The notes under the pieces were generated by a model that worked only from the letters and a program-made list of their open reading frames with translations, ran no database searches and had not been told where the DNA came from. From Psammoneis japonica (lineage: Eukaryota), in the NCBI GenBank assembly GCA_008632985.1, contig QPGO01000070.1:310001-374000 (forward strand): a DNA stretch of 64,000 nt, given 5' to 3'. The position numbers and the translations under genes were made by a program. Below, piece after piece: positions 45,289-60,313 of this stretch. The first letter of the stretch is position 1. Each line of letters opens with the position of its first letter.

Positions 45289-48200
45289 GCCGTTTTGTGT
45301 GTAATAATCGGTGTGCGCTATTTTTTTGCCGGGTGGATGGAGTGCCATCGAATTCGCGTCCACGCAGTGACGTGAAGGCAGCGTAGAAATTGTATGACAT
45401 TCTTACGTATGTATTCTTTGTACTAATTTGTACAGGAAAGGTAGACGTCAGAATGACTGTCGTCTGTCCATCGTCGAATAAACTGTCTGTCTTGCGTACG
45501 GTTTCCCGTACCGCATCTTGCATGCTGGATGCTGGCATGCTGGCATCATCCGGCATTTGCTCATTGCTCATATGGTGGAAGCTGCTGTTGACGAATTATA
45601 TTATCAAATAAAAATCTCGAGTTCGATCCAAAAGAGGAACATATAGAGAAAGGTCTATAGGGACGAACAAGCTGTGAAAAGCCTCGTTGCGGTTATCTCC
45701 TGGGTTCTGTCTGCAGTGCATTTCAGTTTTCAGTCGTTTGGCATCAAATCATGTCTCTCAAGTACGCTTTGACGAGCCCCATGGACGACATTGAAGCTGC
45801 AAAACTATCGAACGGTTGAACACAAGGAGGACCGACTCTGTAGTGATGGAGCGTTGTGGTCATCTCCTGTCGATGTGATTTCGTCTGGAACAGAAATGTC
45901 TTCTTCTGGCAGGCAAGTGCTTGCCGGTGCAGCGGCTTTGCTGGCAGCCGGGGCAACGGTAAACTCAGGAAAGAAAGAGAAACCATATCGATAATCATGT
46001 TGCAACGAAAGCCAAAAATCCCAATGTAGTTCAAAAGAAACTAGAAATTACGAAAGAGCGAGCAAAGGAAGCAGTTTCAGTCAGAAACAAGGAGGTTGAA
46101 AAGGAAAAGGTATTTCAGGAGGCTCTTTTCGCCGCCGCAGCCGAAATGCAGGCTGAAGCAGACGCAAAGGCTGAGATTCCAGCTACTACGCCCAGAGTAT
46201 CGGCAGCACCAACGGAGAAACTCATCGTGGCCGATCAAACTGCTGAAACTACGCCGTTACCTGCGTCAGCTCCTCTCGCTGTTGCGAATGCACCCGAGAA
46301 ATATACTCGTACCCCGGAGAAAGCAGCTCAACCATCACAGCTGGAAGAAGCGCAGATAAAGGGCAGCGTAGTATCGCTACAGGATGGAACATCAGTGATG
46401 CCTAGCAATGGCCAGCCGGTACAAGCTACAACACTAGCCGAAACGAGCAGTATCAGAAGCGCTCAAAGCTCATCTTCAAGAGATACGAGCACTTTTGTCC
46501 TGGTGGTTTGACGAAGGCTCATCATGACGTGGATGGGAAGGGGAATGATGTAGATGACACTGTTTACTATCTACTCCCTCTTGCGAGATCGGAGACAACT
46601 AGCCCTAAGAAATGATCAGGTTGAAGTGCGTGCATAACGCAAACAGATACGATCAGGATTTTGTCGCAGCTTCAATAGCAAAGAATGGGACCAAAGGCCA
46701 AAATCATCGCATGGTCACTGGAAGCTGTTGGCAATGTGAATTTTGCTTCTTGAGCTCTAAAACCTGCCGGTGCTGCAGTGTGAAACAAGATTGTGGCCAC
46801 AAGGATTCCATGGTTCTTCGAACGAGGGACCAAACGAGTCAACGACCAAGACGTGCCTCACTGCAACTGAGTCAGCATAAAGCCACAGCCCGATCGGCTC
46901 TAGATTTGTGTTGTCCGTTGAAGTCAGTGTCGGAGTATCTTGCTCCATCGATGGCATGGTCATGTGGTTGGCCTTGCTCCCGCGCTGGACCAATTCCTCA
47001 TCGCGAAAAATTTGAGCGCGAGCCGGAAGGAGCGATCCGTTCAACGCGCGTTCATTGCACGCGCCCAAACGGGGAAACGGGACGTGATAATATGATTGTG
47101 ACAGGACTGCTAATAATTTAATTATCTCCAACTACCTATTCATTTTTAAAATTTAATTCTTCTATAATATTATGAATATTTCAGTTTCTATTTTACTATC
47201 GGAAGTTTGACACAGAAAGATACCCAGAAATGGCGCGTACATGAAGATACCGAAATAGCATCAAAATGAATGAATATTTATTGAAGATTTTTATGTGGGT
47301 TCGACCGAGGCTCAACGGCTTAATAAATCCTACACTCTAAATGTTTTAATATTCTCCTAAAATTTTCGCCTGCACGTAGGAATGTACCAGAGTGGCGAAT
47401 GGTCTGGATAACACTATATACAGACATTGGCTTGTTTATTATCAGAAATGAACTGTTTTCAGATTTTGCTCGGGACTCCTCACACTTCTTCTCATCGAGC
47501 GACCTGAACGACATGTTGAGCGGTCATCGATAGAACGAAAAAGAGATCCATTCAAAGAACAACGGCGTATTCATTGAGGATTTGTAATTGAAATAAATAA
47601 CGTAAGTGTGTGTGTGAAAATGAAACGAATCGTTCTTGTCAGAGCCGAGCGATGGCGTTGTTCATTGTCACGCACCTCCCCGTCTTGAGGGAGTTTGGTG
47701 GGTTTGCGAGAAGTGACCGTTAAATATTTAACGGTCATTCTTTATCACTATCCAAATTTTCAATGACGTTAGAAATAACCGACGGCCCATCTCGCCAATT
47801 TTTCGAGACCTCTGTCGCTTTCACGATTCAAATTTCAATACAAATTGCGTAGAGTTCTACGTGCCCACGTCATTTGATTGGAATTAAACTGAAATACAAT
47901 CCTCATGTATTGTTATGTGTTTGAATTTTTGTGTCGCACTGCAAACAGTTTTTGATTGATGTGCTTTGATTGTTCGGGTCCTCTCCATGAGCAAAGGCCG
48001 TTGTCAATACGCTTGCGTCGTCACTGACTTCCTTCTTATCTCGAGGGATACTCGGTGTTCGTTGTGACTTGTATTCTGGCTTTGTCGAACTTTCCAGGAA
48101 ACTTTATTGCTTATCGCGTTGATTGACGTTCCATCAAGAATCATACAGACGCTCACTCGACGTGTGTGCTTTCTTTCTCTCGCTTTTCTTGCCCGTTGGA

Positions 48201-48418
48201 TTTAACCGCCCAAAAACGTTTCGGTCCAATCTACACTGCTATTTGATTTATTTTTGGTTGATTGCTGTCGAATTCCATTATTGAAACGTGTCTGCTCCGT
48301 GTGTGGTACATGTTCCATCGATTTTGAATTCTGGATCTCGCTACCTGATTTCTACGTGCCTTCTCTACGTGCTACGAACTCACCTCCGCCGCGGCATTTT
48401 TTGTTGACACTTTTCGAC

Positions 48419-51371
48419 ATGGAAACTCACTGGTCTCACTTTCCGCCGAACGGCGAAACAGTGAACGAGTCAACTCTCACAACACAACGAGGAGTCGGAG
48501 CGTCTCTGTGTTTACGTTCTACTGTACACTCACGCCCGCCGCCCGCTTCTCGAGCCGTCGGAGCACACATTCATATCGCAACGAGTCGAAACGACGAGAC
48601 CTTTCCACGACGCATGGGTCCTCTCTCTGCAACAACTTCAGAAATGGCTCATTCTACCGAATCCTCACAACCCCCGCAACAGCAGTCGTACAGCGGCGGG
48701 GAACCTACCGAAGCTCCCATACCCTGTCGGAATCTCACGGAAGCTTTTGAAGAGCTTGTTCGTGTGGAACCTGAAGCTGCCGCGCGTACTCCGGCATCCA
48801 ACAAGCAAGCGGATTCTACGAGTCAAGGAACCAAGGACATGAGCGAGGTGTCCCCCACCGGCGTTGCCGAACTGCCTGTCATTCCCAGTAGCAACGCGTC
48901 TTCTATTGGAAGCGAGCCGTCGCCCGTCCTGGAAGCCGCCAAGTCACCGTCCGTGACACCCGCGGCGGAAGAAGCCAACGAAGACGCCCTTCCTACCTTT
49001 CATCTACACCAGGACCTCAAGCGAGAGTTGTCGCAGTCTCTTGTCAACCGCGTTGCCTTTTACGGTGTCATTCGCGATATCAACCAAGAGGCGACTTCCA
49101 TGGCTGCCAATGATCACTCGGCTTTTGCCAAGGCAGAAGCCTCTCCGGAAGAGAATGAGCACCTGTCTCCTTTGGTGATTGCTGTCCACGGAGAAGCGCC
49201 CACCGACTCGTCCATGCCGAAAGAGTCGTCTTTTGTGGACAAGGCTTTGATTGACGAGGAGCGATGGCTCTTGGCCGCGATTGACTCGCGCGGTACCCCG
49301 GACGAGCCTCGCGTTTGCCCGCCAACCTTTTCCGAGGCAATGGGAGAACGAGAGTACAAGAACCCGCTTTCGTCACTCCAGTCGAGTCGCACACAGCTTT
49401 GGAAGCCTTCCCGCAGTTGGTGGGAGGCGAAGAGTGGAAAGAATCCTTGGATTGAACCCAAGAGCCACAACAAGAGGTGGAGGTACGTATTGTTTTCGCT
49501 TTTGTGCTTCTTTTGCCTCGAGCTTTCAATTCTTCGTTTCCGTACTCACATACTCGTCTTCTTCGTTTTCTCACACTCAGGTACTTGTGGCCCTTGATTC
49601 ATTACCACAAGTTTTTGGCCAAGTGCATCAAGAAGCTCAAGAGAAATGGCGTGGATGTCAAGTCGTCTGTCTCGCCCGTGGCTGTCTTTTTGCGTGAGGA
49701 GGTTTGCGCCGTATCGGATCACTTGGCGAGGGTCTCCCTTTTTACGTCGGAAGAGTGGATGGCGGTGCTTGTTCACTTTCACGGTTGGACCGATTCCGAC
49801 TCCAAGGCGGAGGCGCGTCTCCGCAAGTTGGTTTCCAAGCAGAAGCTACGCCCGCTTTCGGAACAGTGCGACGTCGACAGTCCGTTGCTACGAAGCCAGA
49901 TTGACGAGCAGTTTCTCAAGGCTATGGCGTCAGCCAGGGACCAGTTGGTGAATGGCGCTACGTTGCAAGAGCAAAAGAGTGCCAAGAGCGGAAAGGGTGG
50001 AGTAGTAAGGACATTGAATCTTCGGTACGTATGCTCGGTGTTTTATGCTTTGTATATCCCTGTCATCATTGTTATCTAATGTGGTATCTTGTGTCTCGAT
50101 ACGATTAGGACTACAACCGGAAGCAGAAGAATGCGCTGAGCAAGGGAACTCCTCCCTTGCCGCAATACATCAAGACTCCCGGAAAACAGCGTAAGAAAGG
50201 AGGAAAGTCGGGCTCGAAACATCCTGGCGCATACGCCAATGCGAACGGTTGGAGACAGCAGAACGATGATGTGGATGCGCATTCCGGCAGCTTTTCGAAC
50301 ATCTCCATGGACGTTTATCCTCAGCAATTTGGTCACCCCGAGTATGGCATGTACACACCAGGCTATTATCCGTATCCGCCACCAACGCCAGGATCTAGTG
50401 TTCCCGAAGGTTACTACTACCATCCCGGTGCATATCATCAGGAGCAGATGGCCTATCCAATGACTGAGCAATATGTCGTGGACCCAATGGCCGCTGCTGG
50501 AGGACAGGGTTTCCAAGGTCCACCCTCGGCGGAGGCAACCGTTGCGGTCTACAGCACCATGACGTCCCCAGAGGGATTGCCAAGCAACTACGGTCCACCC
50601 CCTGGCTACCCCACGGCTGCACCGACTGGTGGAGAGGTCCCCGCGTCGCCCTACCAGTACCCGCCGACCCAACCTGGCTTGGATCCGCAGTTTTCGGGAC
50701 AGCAAGCTGTCTTTTCTCCACACGCAGCAGCACCACCCGGTACGCCGTACTTTGATCACATTAATCCCGTGGCGCATTTGTTTACGCCGCAGGGAAAGTC
50801 GTCGCCTCCATCTCCCAACCGGGATGGGGAGTTGAGCGTCTCAAGGTCTGATTCTTTTACAGCTCCATCGGTGAATGTGGAGTTTGCAAAGAACGCCAAG
50901 CCATTGCTCATCAGCCACCCTCCGCAGTATTATCAGTATACCCAGGTGAGTCTTTTGTTTTTTTGTTTTGACCGAGTATGAATGTTTCTCCTATTGATTT
51001 CTTACACACTGCTCTCTACCTTTTACTCGCAGCATACTGGTACGATTGATGGTGTTGTCCCTCCCTCCCCAGCAACTCAATTCATGATGTCGCCTCAAGC
51101 AAACTCTCAGGCGGCAGCATATTTTTCTAGGAACACCGGACCGCCCACGCCCCAAAATATGCGAGGACAAGGAAGTCTTGCATCCAGTGATACCGGTAAC
51201 GCCGCATCACCGGCTGCCAAGAAGCAGCAATCGACTGCGGAGGGTAGTGTGTCGTCTCACGTGACTCCTCCGCCCGTTTTGCGCAAGCTCACCAATTCGA
51301 GAGACCGCTCGACTAGCCCCTCTACTGTGCAGACTGCTGCCGAAAGCGAAAGCATCAACGAGGCTGCTTAG
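48419..51371 (+). CDS. Large multi-exon hypothetical protein with a Trp-rich central domain and a Pro/Tyr/Gln-rich C-terminus
   Basis: Introns 49483-49580, 50025-50108 and 50946-51032. Domain LWKPSRSWWEAKSGKNPWIEP..NKRWR|YLWPLIHYHKFLAKCIKKLKRNG. One apparent frameshift near 50000; start uncertain. Confidence 0.75.
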
Positions 51372-51603
51372 TTTTGGAGAAATGACTTTTTGAAGATGGT
51401 CTTTTCAATCCATTTCGCTGGCTGGCTTTGGAGGTACTATTGTTTCACGAGTGACTTGAAGTTGCTCGGATCAGTGGTGTCTGTCGGAGATCTTGCCAAC
51501 TCTTTTCCTAGTTTCAATGACCTCTAGTGGGTTGAACCTACTAGTTTGCAGCTTCGTTCTACTTAGATTGGATTTACGTACACATTATTGTTTTAGACTA
51601 GCG

Positions 51604-53812
<2,209 letters not shown>

Positions 53813-54396
53813 AATTTTCCCTCCCTTTTCTTAAGCTTCAAAAACACCAAAGAGATTTGTATATAACTCATACAGATCAAAGGTATCTTTATTAGAATGC
53901 GACCCTTACACGATCTGTTTGTTTCAACAAAAGATGATGGATCCTTCTCTTCTCGCCCGACGATGGTGACGCCATTCCCTTCGCATCGCGCTTCGCACTT
54001 CCGGCGTCCAACTTCGTGCGTTTTTCGATGTTGTGGATGCGGTGGATTTTTCCAATATTCAGCATTGTATGTTTCAAATACTAATTTGTCATTAAGATAT
54101 TAGAATACGGAGTAAGTTTATGTTAAAAGCTGTGTCGCAGGAATGTCTCCAGAAATGTCGGGTCATTTTAGGGCTCACCAACTGAAACTCAACGCACAAC
54201 ACACAACACACCATGAGCCATGAGCATAGCGCATAGTCCGCCGCTACAGCTAAACGCAACACCAACAGTTGAAGGCCGAACAAGTAGTTGAATCTTCTGT
54301 TTACCACTTATCAAGACATTCAACTACTGCATTGTCGACAGCAGCACAAGTTGAAAGCCTTAGTGGACTCTCCAGCTTTTCAGCTATCAAGACACG

Positions 54397-55371
54397 ATGC
54401 GTTGGACTTTTGTAGTGGTTGTTGTTGCGACACTGTTTGTCACCATGGTGGTTGAGCGTATGAACATTTCAATGGCATCTCAGTCATCTTTTGCTATGAA
54501 GGTAAAGAGAAAGACTTCCACGACGAAACCACCAGCAGCAACAGAATCGCCGGGGTTCACCTTTTTGGTGGGCCTGGAGGGTACCGGGCATCATTTGATG
54601 GCAAAAATACTAAAGCGATCTCCGGCATTGAAGCGAATAGAAGAGCTCGGCCTCATGAATGACCTGACAGAGCTAGACAGTCTCTTATTCAGCAAACCTC
54701 AACGAAACTCGGGTCTCTTGAACCCACATTTCAGAACCGAGCGATTTGATGTAACAACGACACAGAACGAAGTGGTACATCTCATGAGAAAAATCTCAAA
54801 CGAACTTGGCAATGAAACGTTTGCCATTCCTGTGAATGCCAATGGACACGGACTCATGGTATCATATCCCACTGGCATTTCAATGGCCACATCACACAAG
54901 CGACTCGAGAATTACCCCCACTTGAATCTGTTTTATGAAACGTGCGAACTAGCTGGAGTATCCTGTTCTCATCTTTACCTCTATCGGGATCCTCATTCAG
55001 TTGTAAAGTCTACAACATTCAGTCGAAAGTTCAACTCTAACGTAAAGATGGCGACAGATCTCTACATTGCCATGCTGGATGTCATTTTCGATCAGTTCTC
55101 GTCACCTCTTTCACGGACCATTGGCTGTATTGGCCTCTACGATGACAACAATACAGATACGTGGGGAATTATCCGAGATGCGTTTGGATGGGGAAACCAA
55201 CACGACGTGTTTGACGCCACCGTACATGAATTGTACAAGCCGCCAACCGTCATGACACCCGAGACACGTCAGGAGCTGTTTCCTCCACAATTTAATAGGG
55301 ATATGCGATCCTTTATCGAGGCTCACGAGCGCACTCTAGAGTTTTGTCGGGAACAACAAATGGTGAAGTAG
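54397..55371 (+). CDS. Type II membrane sulfotransferase-like (P-loop) protein
   Basis: N-terminal TM helix, 5'-PSB-like LVGLEGTGHH and 3'-PB-like YLYRDPHSVVKS. Confidence 0.6.
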   Translation: MRWTFVVVVVATLFVTMVVERMNISMASQSSFAMKVKRKTSTTKPPAATESPGFTFLVGLEGTGHHLMAKILKRSPALKRIEELGLMNDLTELDSLLFSKPQRNSGLLNPHFRTERFDVTTTQNEVVHLMRKISNELGNETFAIPVNANGHGLMVSYPTGISMATSHKRLENYPHLNLFYETCELAGVSCSHLYLYRDPHSVVKSTTFSRKFNSNVKMATDLYIAMLDVIFDQFSSPLSRTIGCIGLYDDNNTDTWGIIRDAFGWGNQHDVFDATVHELYKPPTVMTPETRQELFPPQFNRDMRSFIEAHERTLEFCREQQMVK

Positions 55372-55481
55372 AGGTACGCTGTTGCTTGAGTTTGTTTCCT
55401 GGTTTCTAGGTATGACACTTGTACTAGTAGGTAGCAAAACGTTTTACTTATTTTGCACGGCATACAGTCTAACACGAATAT

Positions 55482-55900
55482 CTTCATGCTTTTCCTTCAC
55501 CTCATCTTCCGCCTTCTCAGCGTCCTTCATGGCTGCTTCTTAGCTCTCATTTTCATTGTGTGGAGCTCTGGGACGAGGCTTCCTTCCGGGATTTCCACTT
55601 CACCTGCAAAGATCTGATTTGGACTTACTTCCTTTCCACAATGCGTGGCGTTGGGTCCAGTGTGAGGACCTGGGCTGGCTCCCTCCATGCTTGCTGCGAT
55701 AAGAAAGATGTCCCCCCGAAGCGATCGCTTCCCTGCCAAAAGGTCCAACCGTGAGATTTGCTTCTTCTCCAACTGAGATTTGCACGTCTTCGGCACACAA
55801 AACCTTGCTGTTGCTTCATCCATGAGAAAGAGAAGCACGTCCTTCATGGCAGCCCCGACTCCGAAACCCAAGCCTATCGCAGAGAGCAACATCACACAAA
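55482..55900 (-). pseudogene. Decayed partial copy of exon 2 of the neighbouring Ysc84/SYLF gene
   Basis: Aligns to about 56290-56800 (GFGVGAAMKDV, EANLTVGPFGREA, PEGSLVPELH) with deletions, frameshifts and Tyr->His/Cys changes. Confidence 0.9.
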
Positions 55901-56232
55901 AATGTTAGTGAGATCATTATCAAAATTCGCAGAAAACGCCGGACTAGAATGGCTTGTAGAAAGTTTAGTTCTTCCAGGAGCAACAATTCTAACAGTGTTT
56001 AGAAGAGATTCAGGGTTGTATGGCATCCTGATGTAGCACAGCTTCGGCTTCAAATTCATCGTTTAACAAATTATGTACGGCTGAGTCTACTAACTACAAC
56101 ATGTCCTTTCTTTCCTCCTTCCTCCTCTTGATACAAGCCATTCTGCCTCTTGTTATAGGCCATAGACAAGCACAAACATGACTCAACAATCTACTTTGTG
56201 TACACAGACAAGCATCAACACAAATACGCAAT

Positions 56233-57134
56233 CTACTGTGCCGACACGGGCTCCTTCTCTGCCTCCTTCTCGGCGTCGACGTACTTGATGTCATCGTTCT
56301 TTTCCTTGGCCTCTTCAGCCGCCTTCTCTGCTTCCTTCCTGGCAGCTTCTACCTTTTGTTTTTCTTCCTCGTTAGGGACGGCGGTCTCCCCGGCGGCGAG
56401 GAGCTCGAGCTTCCTGTGGAGTTCTGGAACGAGGCTGCCTTCGGGGAGTTCCACTGCCCCTTCAAACAAGATTTGACGTGGATTGGCCTCCTTTCCATAA
56501 TACTTGGCGTTGGCTCCTGAGCGAGGACCTAGACCGGCTCCCTCAACACTAGCAGCGACAAAGATGCCTCTGGAGAAAGCGACAGACACGACACCTCCCA
56601 TGCCCTTGTTGGACAGCTCGGCTGACGCTTTCGCTTCCCTGCCAAAAGGGCCGATCGTGAGATTCGCTTCTCCTCCAATCGAGACTTGCCCGTCTCCGGC
56701 ATACGTCTGCACGGTTCCTTCGTCCATAAGGAAGAGAATAACATCCTTCATGGCAGCCCCGACGATAAAACCGAAGCCTATCAAAAGAAGAAGCATCACA
56801 AAATCACAGGTAAGATCTTAAAAGTAGTCAAGACACGGTACACGCAGAAACCGTTAAGCATCGAAAAAAATCATAACTCACCTACACCACCCATACCAAC
56901 TGCAGAGGGAGGACTCCACTTTCCATCTTCTCCTTTCATCATCATGACGCCTGTACCAGCATTCCCGCTGAACATGAAACCGGCTTCCACGACTCTGATG
57001 AGAACAATGCCTTTGGCGTCCTGAAACAGGTCCTTGGCAATGCCCTTCGTTTTGGGGTCCAAAGCTGCATCAAGCACGTGGTTGGCATTCCAAATCATGC
57101 CCTCCATTGTGGTTCCGTCCGGTCGTTTCGTCAT
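56233..57134 (-). CDS. Ysc84/SYLF (SH3YL1-like) domain protein, 2 exons
   Basis: AGFMFSGNAGTGVMM, WSPPSA, GPFGREA, FSRGIFVAASVEG, NAKYYG. The intron at 56881-56778 is in phase. Confidence 0.9.
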
Positions 57135-57889
57135 GGTTGATGCCTTTTGATCGTATGTTGGTCGTCGCTTCTTGATATCTTTTTGTGACAGACTTGCGGG
57201 GAGGTGTCACGCTTCGGGGTTCGTATTCCTTACTTTTACTACGGTATCTGCGCTTTCGTAGACAGTTTATCTTACTTTCTCGCGATCAAACGATAGGGAG
57301 TGAGTGCGGAACCAGATGTCTGTCCGTACCGCATGGCCCCCTCTTAGAGCTAGTAGCTAGATAGAGCCACGCCAAGGCAGGAAAAGGAGTGACAAGAGAC
57401 GCATTGTTGTTGCAGCGTTTGAATTCAATGGAGAACGAACACCTCCGCTTGACACTCCTAATTGCATGAGCTTTCTCGTGTGGGATCCGGGAGCTCGAGA
57501 GTTGACTGAAACAGGTCGCAGTGACGAGCAACTACCTACGGAAGTATGTCACAACGTGGACGGCATCGGGTCGAGAACAGCTGTGGATTCGAGATTTTGA
57601 TGCTAGCCTATGCGGTCAAGTTGGAGTCGACGAAACAAACCCTCCAGCGTGGAGAGCATTGTCAAACACCCAAGCGCGCCAAGAGATACCGCATACGAAT
57701 ACGATGTATCGCAGTCCCGTGGCAAGATCGCGTCTCACGACTGAGATTCCGTACAAAGATACGTAATCTCATCGTAGAGGTCAAATCTCGTCTCACAATT
57801 TCCGTTGCCAGGCAGGGTCACGTTCAATCAGCCGAAATTGTGTCCGTTACCTCGTTTTCATTCATTCGGCACACAAAAACAAAATCACG

Positions 57890-59162
57890 ATGCGTGACAG
57901 AGGCTATCACATTGTTCCACATTCGACCGAGACAATGCAATCGCGACACCTTCACGACCACCCGTACCCACACCATCGTCATTTGGTTGTCGCCTACCGC
58001 CACATTGTGGTTCTTGTTATTGCGGCGTTTATGGTGGGCATTGGTTTCACGACGCAACTGAAAAGGACCAATCTCTTGGATGATCGTGAATCACTGCCTT
58101 TTCAGTTCTCGGATTCGACCGACCTTCCCGATTCCACATCGGATGGCAATGGTCCTGGTGTAGTTTGGCTCATGTCTTTTCCAAATTCTGGAACTTCATT
58201 CACCCTTAAAATGATTCACCATGTGAGTCAGATGGTAGCAGCTACCAACTATGGTGAAGAGAGCACGGACGAATCTGGAAATTCCATTCCTATACACTCA
58301 AATGGAACCAACGGACCATTCTGGATTTTTGGTTCCAATCCAACCCAAAATGTCAGCTACCCGAATACCTACGTATTGACGAAGACACACTGTGGTGCGT
58401 ATTGTCCATGAATAGTCCCTTCTCCAATGTTATTTCCTCTTTTGTCACTTAAGGCTCATCTTGCTCTCTTCTTATCCTTCAGGAGGCCGTTGCGAGAACT
58501 GTGGTCCGTCGAAGTATGTTGAGAGCCCTCACTCATTCTTGGTTCAGTGTCTATCTGGAAAGCGCGTTGATGCCAGCTCCAAGGGCAAGAGAAGCACCCA
58601 CGACGTGAGGTACTCCTCGGATCTTGTGAAGAAGGCTGTTCATTTGATTCGTAGTCCCTATGACAATGTCGTTTCGCGATTTCATTTGCAAGTACATGGC
58701 TTTGTCAAGAAGAATGATACAGCCAAGATCGATTCTTTTCCAAGCACACGAGAAGGCTTTCGTGCTTTTTGTAGGTCACTAGACGCACGATATTTACACG
58801 AAGAAGAAACTTCGCACATCGTTGATCAGGAGGTACTGGCACTTGTCAAACATGTCCCCTGTCACGCGGAGTTCTTCAGATACATCGAATGGCACAACCT
58901 TGCTTTCTTTACAACGGACGAACTTCTCAGCGTTCCCACCCATGTGCTGCATTACGAGGACTATAGTACGGGATTCAACAAGACTGTATCTGAGCTTTTG
59001 GATTTTCTGCAGCTGGAATGGAGGGGTGATGAATCTCAGTTTATTGCTGGGAAAGAGTATTCTGAGTACTATCTTCAAGAGGAAAGGGAGGCCGTGAAAG
59101 CTGCAATGAAAGCAATGGCGTCTCGCACAACTTGGGACAATATCCAACACTACTTCCCCTAG
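57890..59162 (+). CDS. Sulfotransferase-family protein, 2 exons
   Basis: TM helix, WLMSFPNSGTSFT, LTKTHC|GG, HLIRSPYDNVVSRF, LHYED. The intron at 58395-58482 is in phase. Confidence 0.85.
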
Positions 59163-59443
59163 ACCAGCTACATATTTGGGCTGATATAGCGTGAAGAATA
59201 CAAATATGTTTTAGATTATGTGTAAACTAACACCAAAAATGGTCTCCCACAATATTATGCCGTGATGGATACGGCATTTGAAACGCCGCATGATATCTGT
59301 TTAAAGCTACTACTGTTAAATTAGAGAGTAGCTGTGATTGATGATTGATATCATAACATCTGCTTTCAAAGCTACAGGCTACAAGTGTGACTAAGAGTAA
59401 CTGTGTGTGGTGTCTATGCTTTCTATACGGTTTATCCATGTTG

Positions 59444-60313
59444 TTAATGTCTGATAATAGAGCGTGGTGATCCTTCCACCGAACCCCAGTTCTCGGATGG
59501 CTTAAATGTACTGCTAGCTCCAATCGACAAGCGCCTTCTAGGCATACCAGAGACACAGTGAACATCTTCGACAATAGGTGAATGATCAATGGATGCAATC
59601 CTGGAGATTGACTCCATGGCGTTCATGTTGCGCTGCACTTTTTCGAGGGCATTTGCAACCGCGGTAAAAGCAATTGTAGACGGATTGACAGCCACAAAGT
59701 TGTAGCAGTGAACGGCCTCCTCGGTCTGATATTTTGCCAATTCCAAAGCTTCGTCGCGCACTTCAGCACTCATGGCTGGCAAAAGATCGAAGAAATGCCT
59801 TACAAAAGACATGGCCGTGGGCGGGTTCATCCTCCACTCTAGAGCCTCAAGAATGGATTGCTCCATATCAGTGACTTGCTTTTCAGTGTAGACACCTCGG
59901 GAAAGATTTGAAACCATTTTCGGATCCATGGCCTCAGGCTCATGGAGCTTGATTGCGGTATAGAGGCAGGTCATGGCAGCGAGCTGGAACATCTTTCTGG
60001 ACATGAGAAGGTTTTGTCCAGATTCGGTCACAAGGTAGCGATCCAAGTAGTTCATGGCGATTGCCACAGTCTCGCGCTTGAGCTTGCAGAAGTCAACAAC
60101 CTGGCAGCACCATTGAGACATCTTGGAACGGCACTCGGCATCAACAGGAGCCGAGCTCGGGGAAAGGGGACCATGGGCACTGTTTACGTCGACTTGCTGT
60201 TGGTAGAGATAGTCGCTGCATTTGTATGCACCTTCCTCTTGCATGCGCATGACTTCGATGGTGGCGATGATATCCTGGATGGTCATGTTGTTTTCGGGAA
60301 CAGTTGAAATCAT
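59444..60313 (-). CDS. Diatom-specific cyclin (dsCYC2-like), copy 3
   Basis: CRSKMSQWCCQVVDFCKLKRETVAIAMNYLDRYL, FQLAAMTCLYTAIKLHEP, LEWRMNPPT. Confidence 0.92.
   Translation of the reverse strand: MISTVPENNMTIQDIIATIEVMRMQEEGAYKCSDYLYQQQVDVNSAHGPLSPSSAPVDAECRSKMSQWCCQVVDFCKLKRETVAIAMNYLDRYLVTESGQNLLMSRKMFQLAAMTCLYTAIKLHEPEAMDPKMVSNLSRGVYTEKQVTDMEQSILEALEWRMNPPTAMSFVRHFFDLLPAMSAEVRDEALELAKYQTEEAVHCYNFVAVNPSTIAFTAVANALEKVQRNMNAMESISRIASIDHSPIVEDVHCVSGMPRRRLSIGASSTFKPSENWGSVEGSPRSIIRH

Noticed and set aside
45744..46511. Ala/Pro/Thr-rich ORF fragments (46146-46511 +, 45805-46005 -)
   Set aside because: Low complexity, conflicting strands and no coherent gene model.
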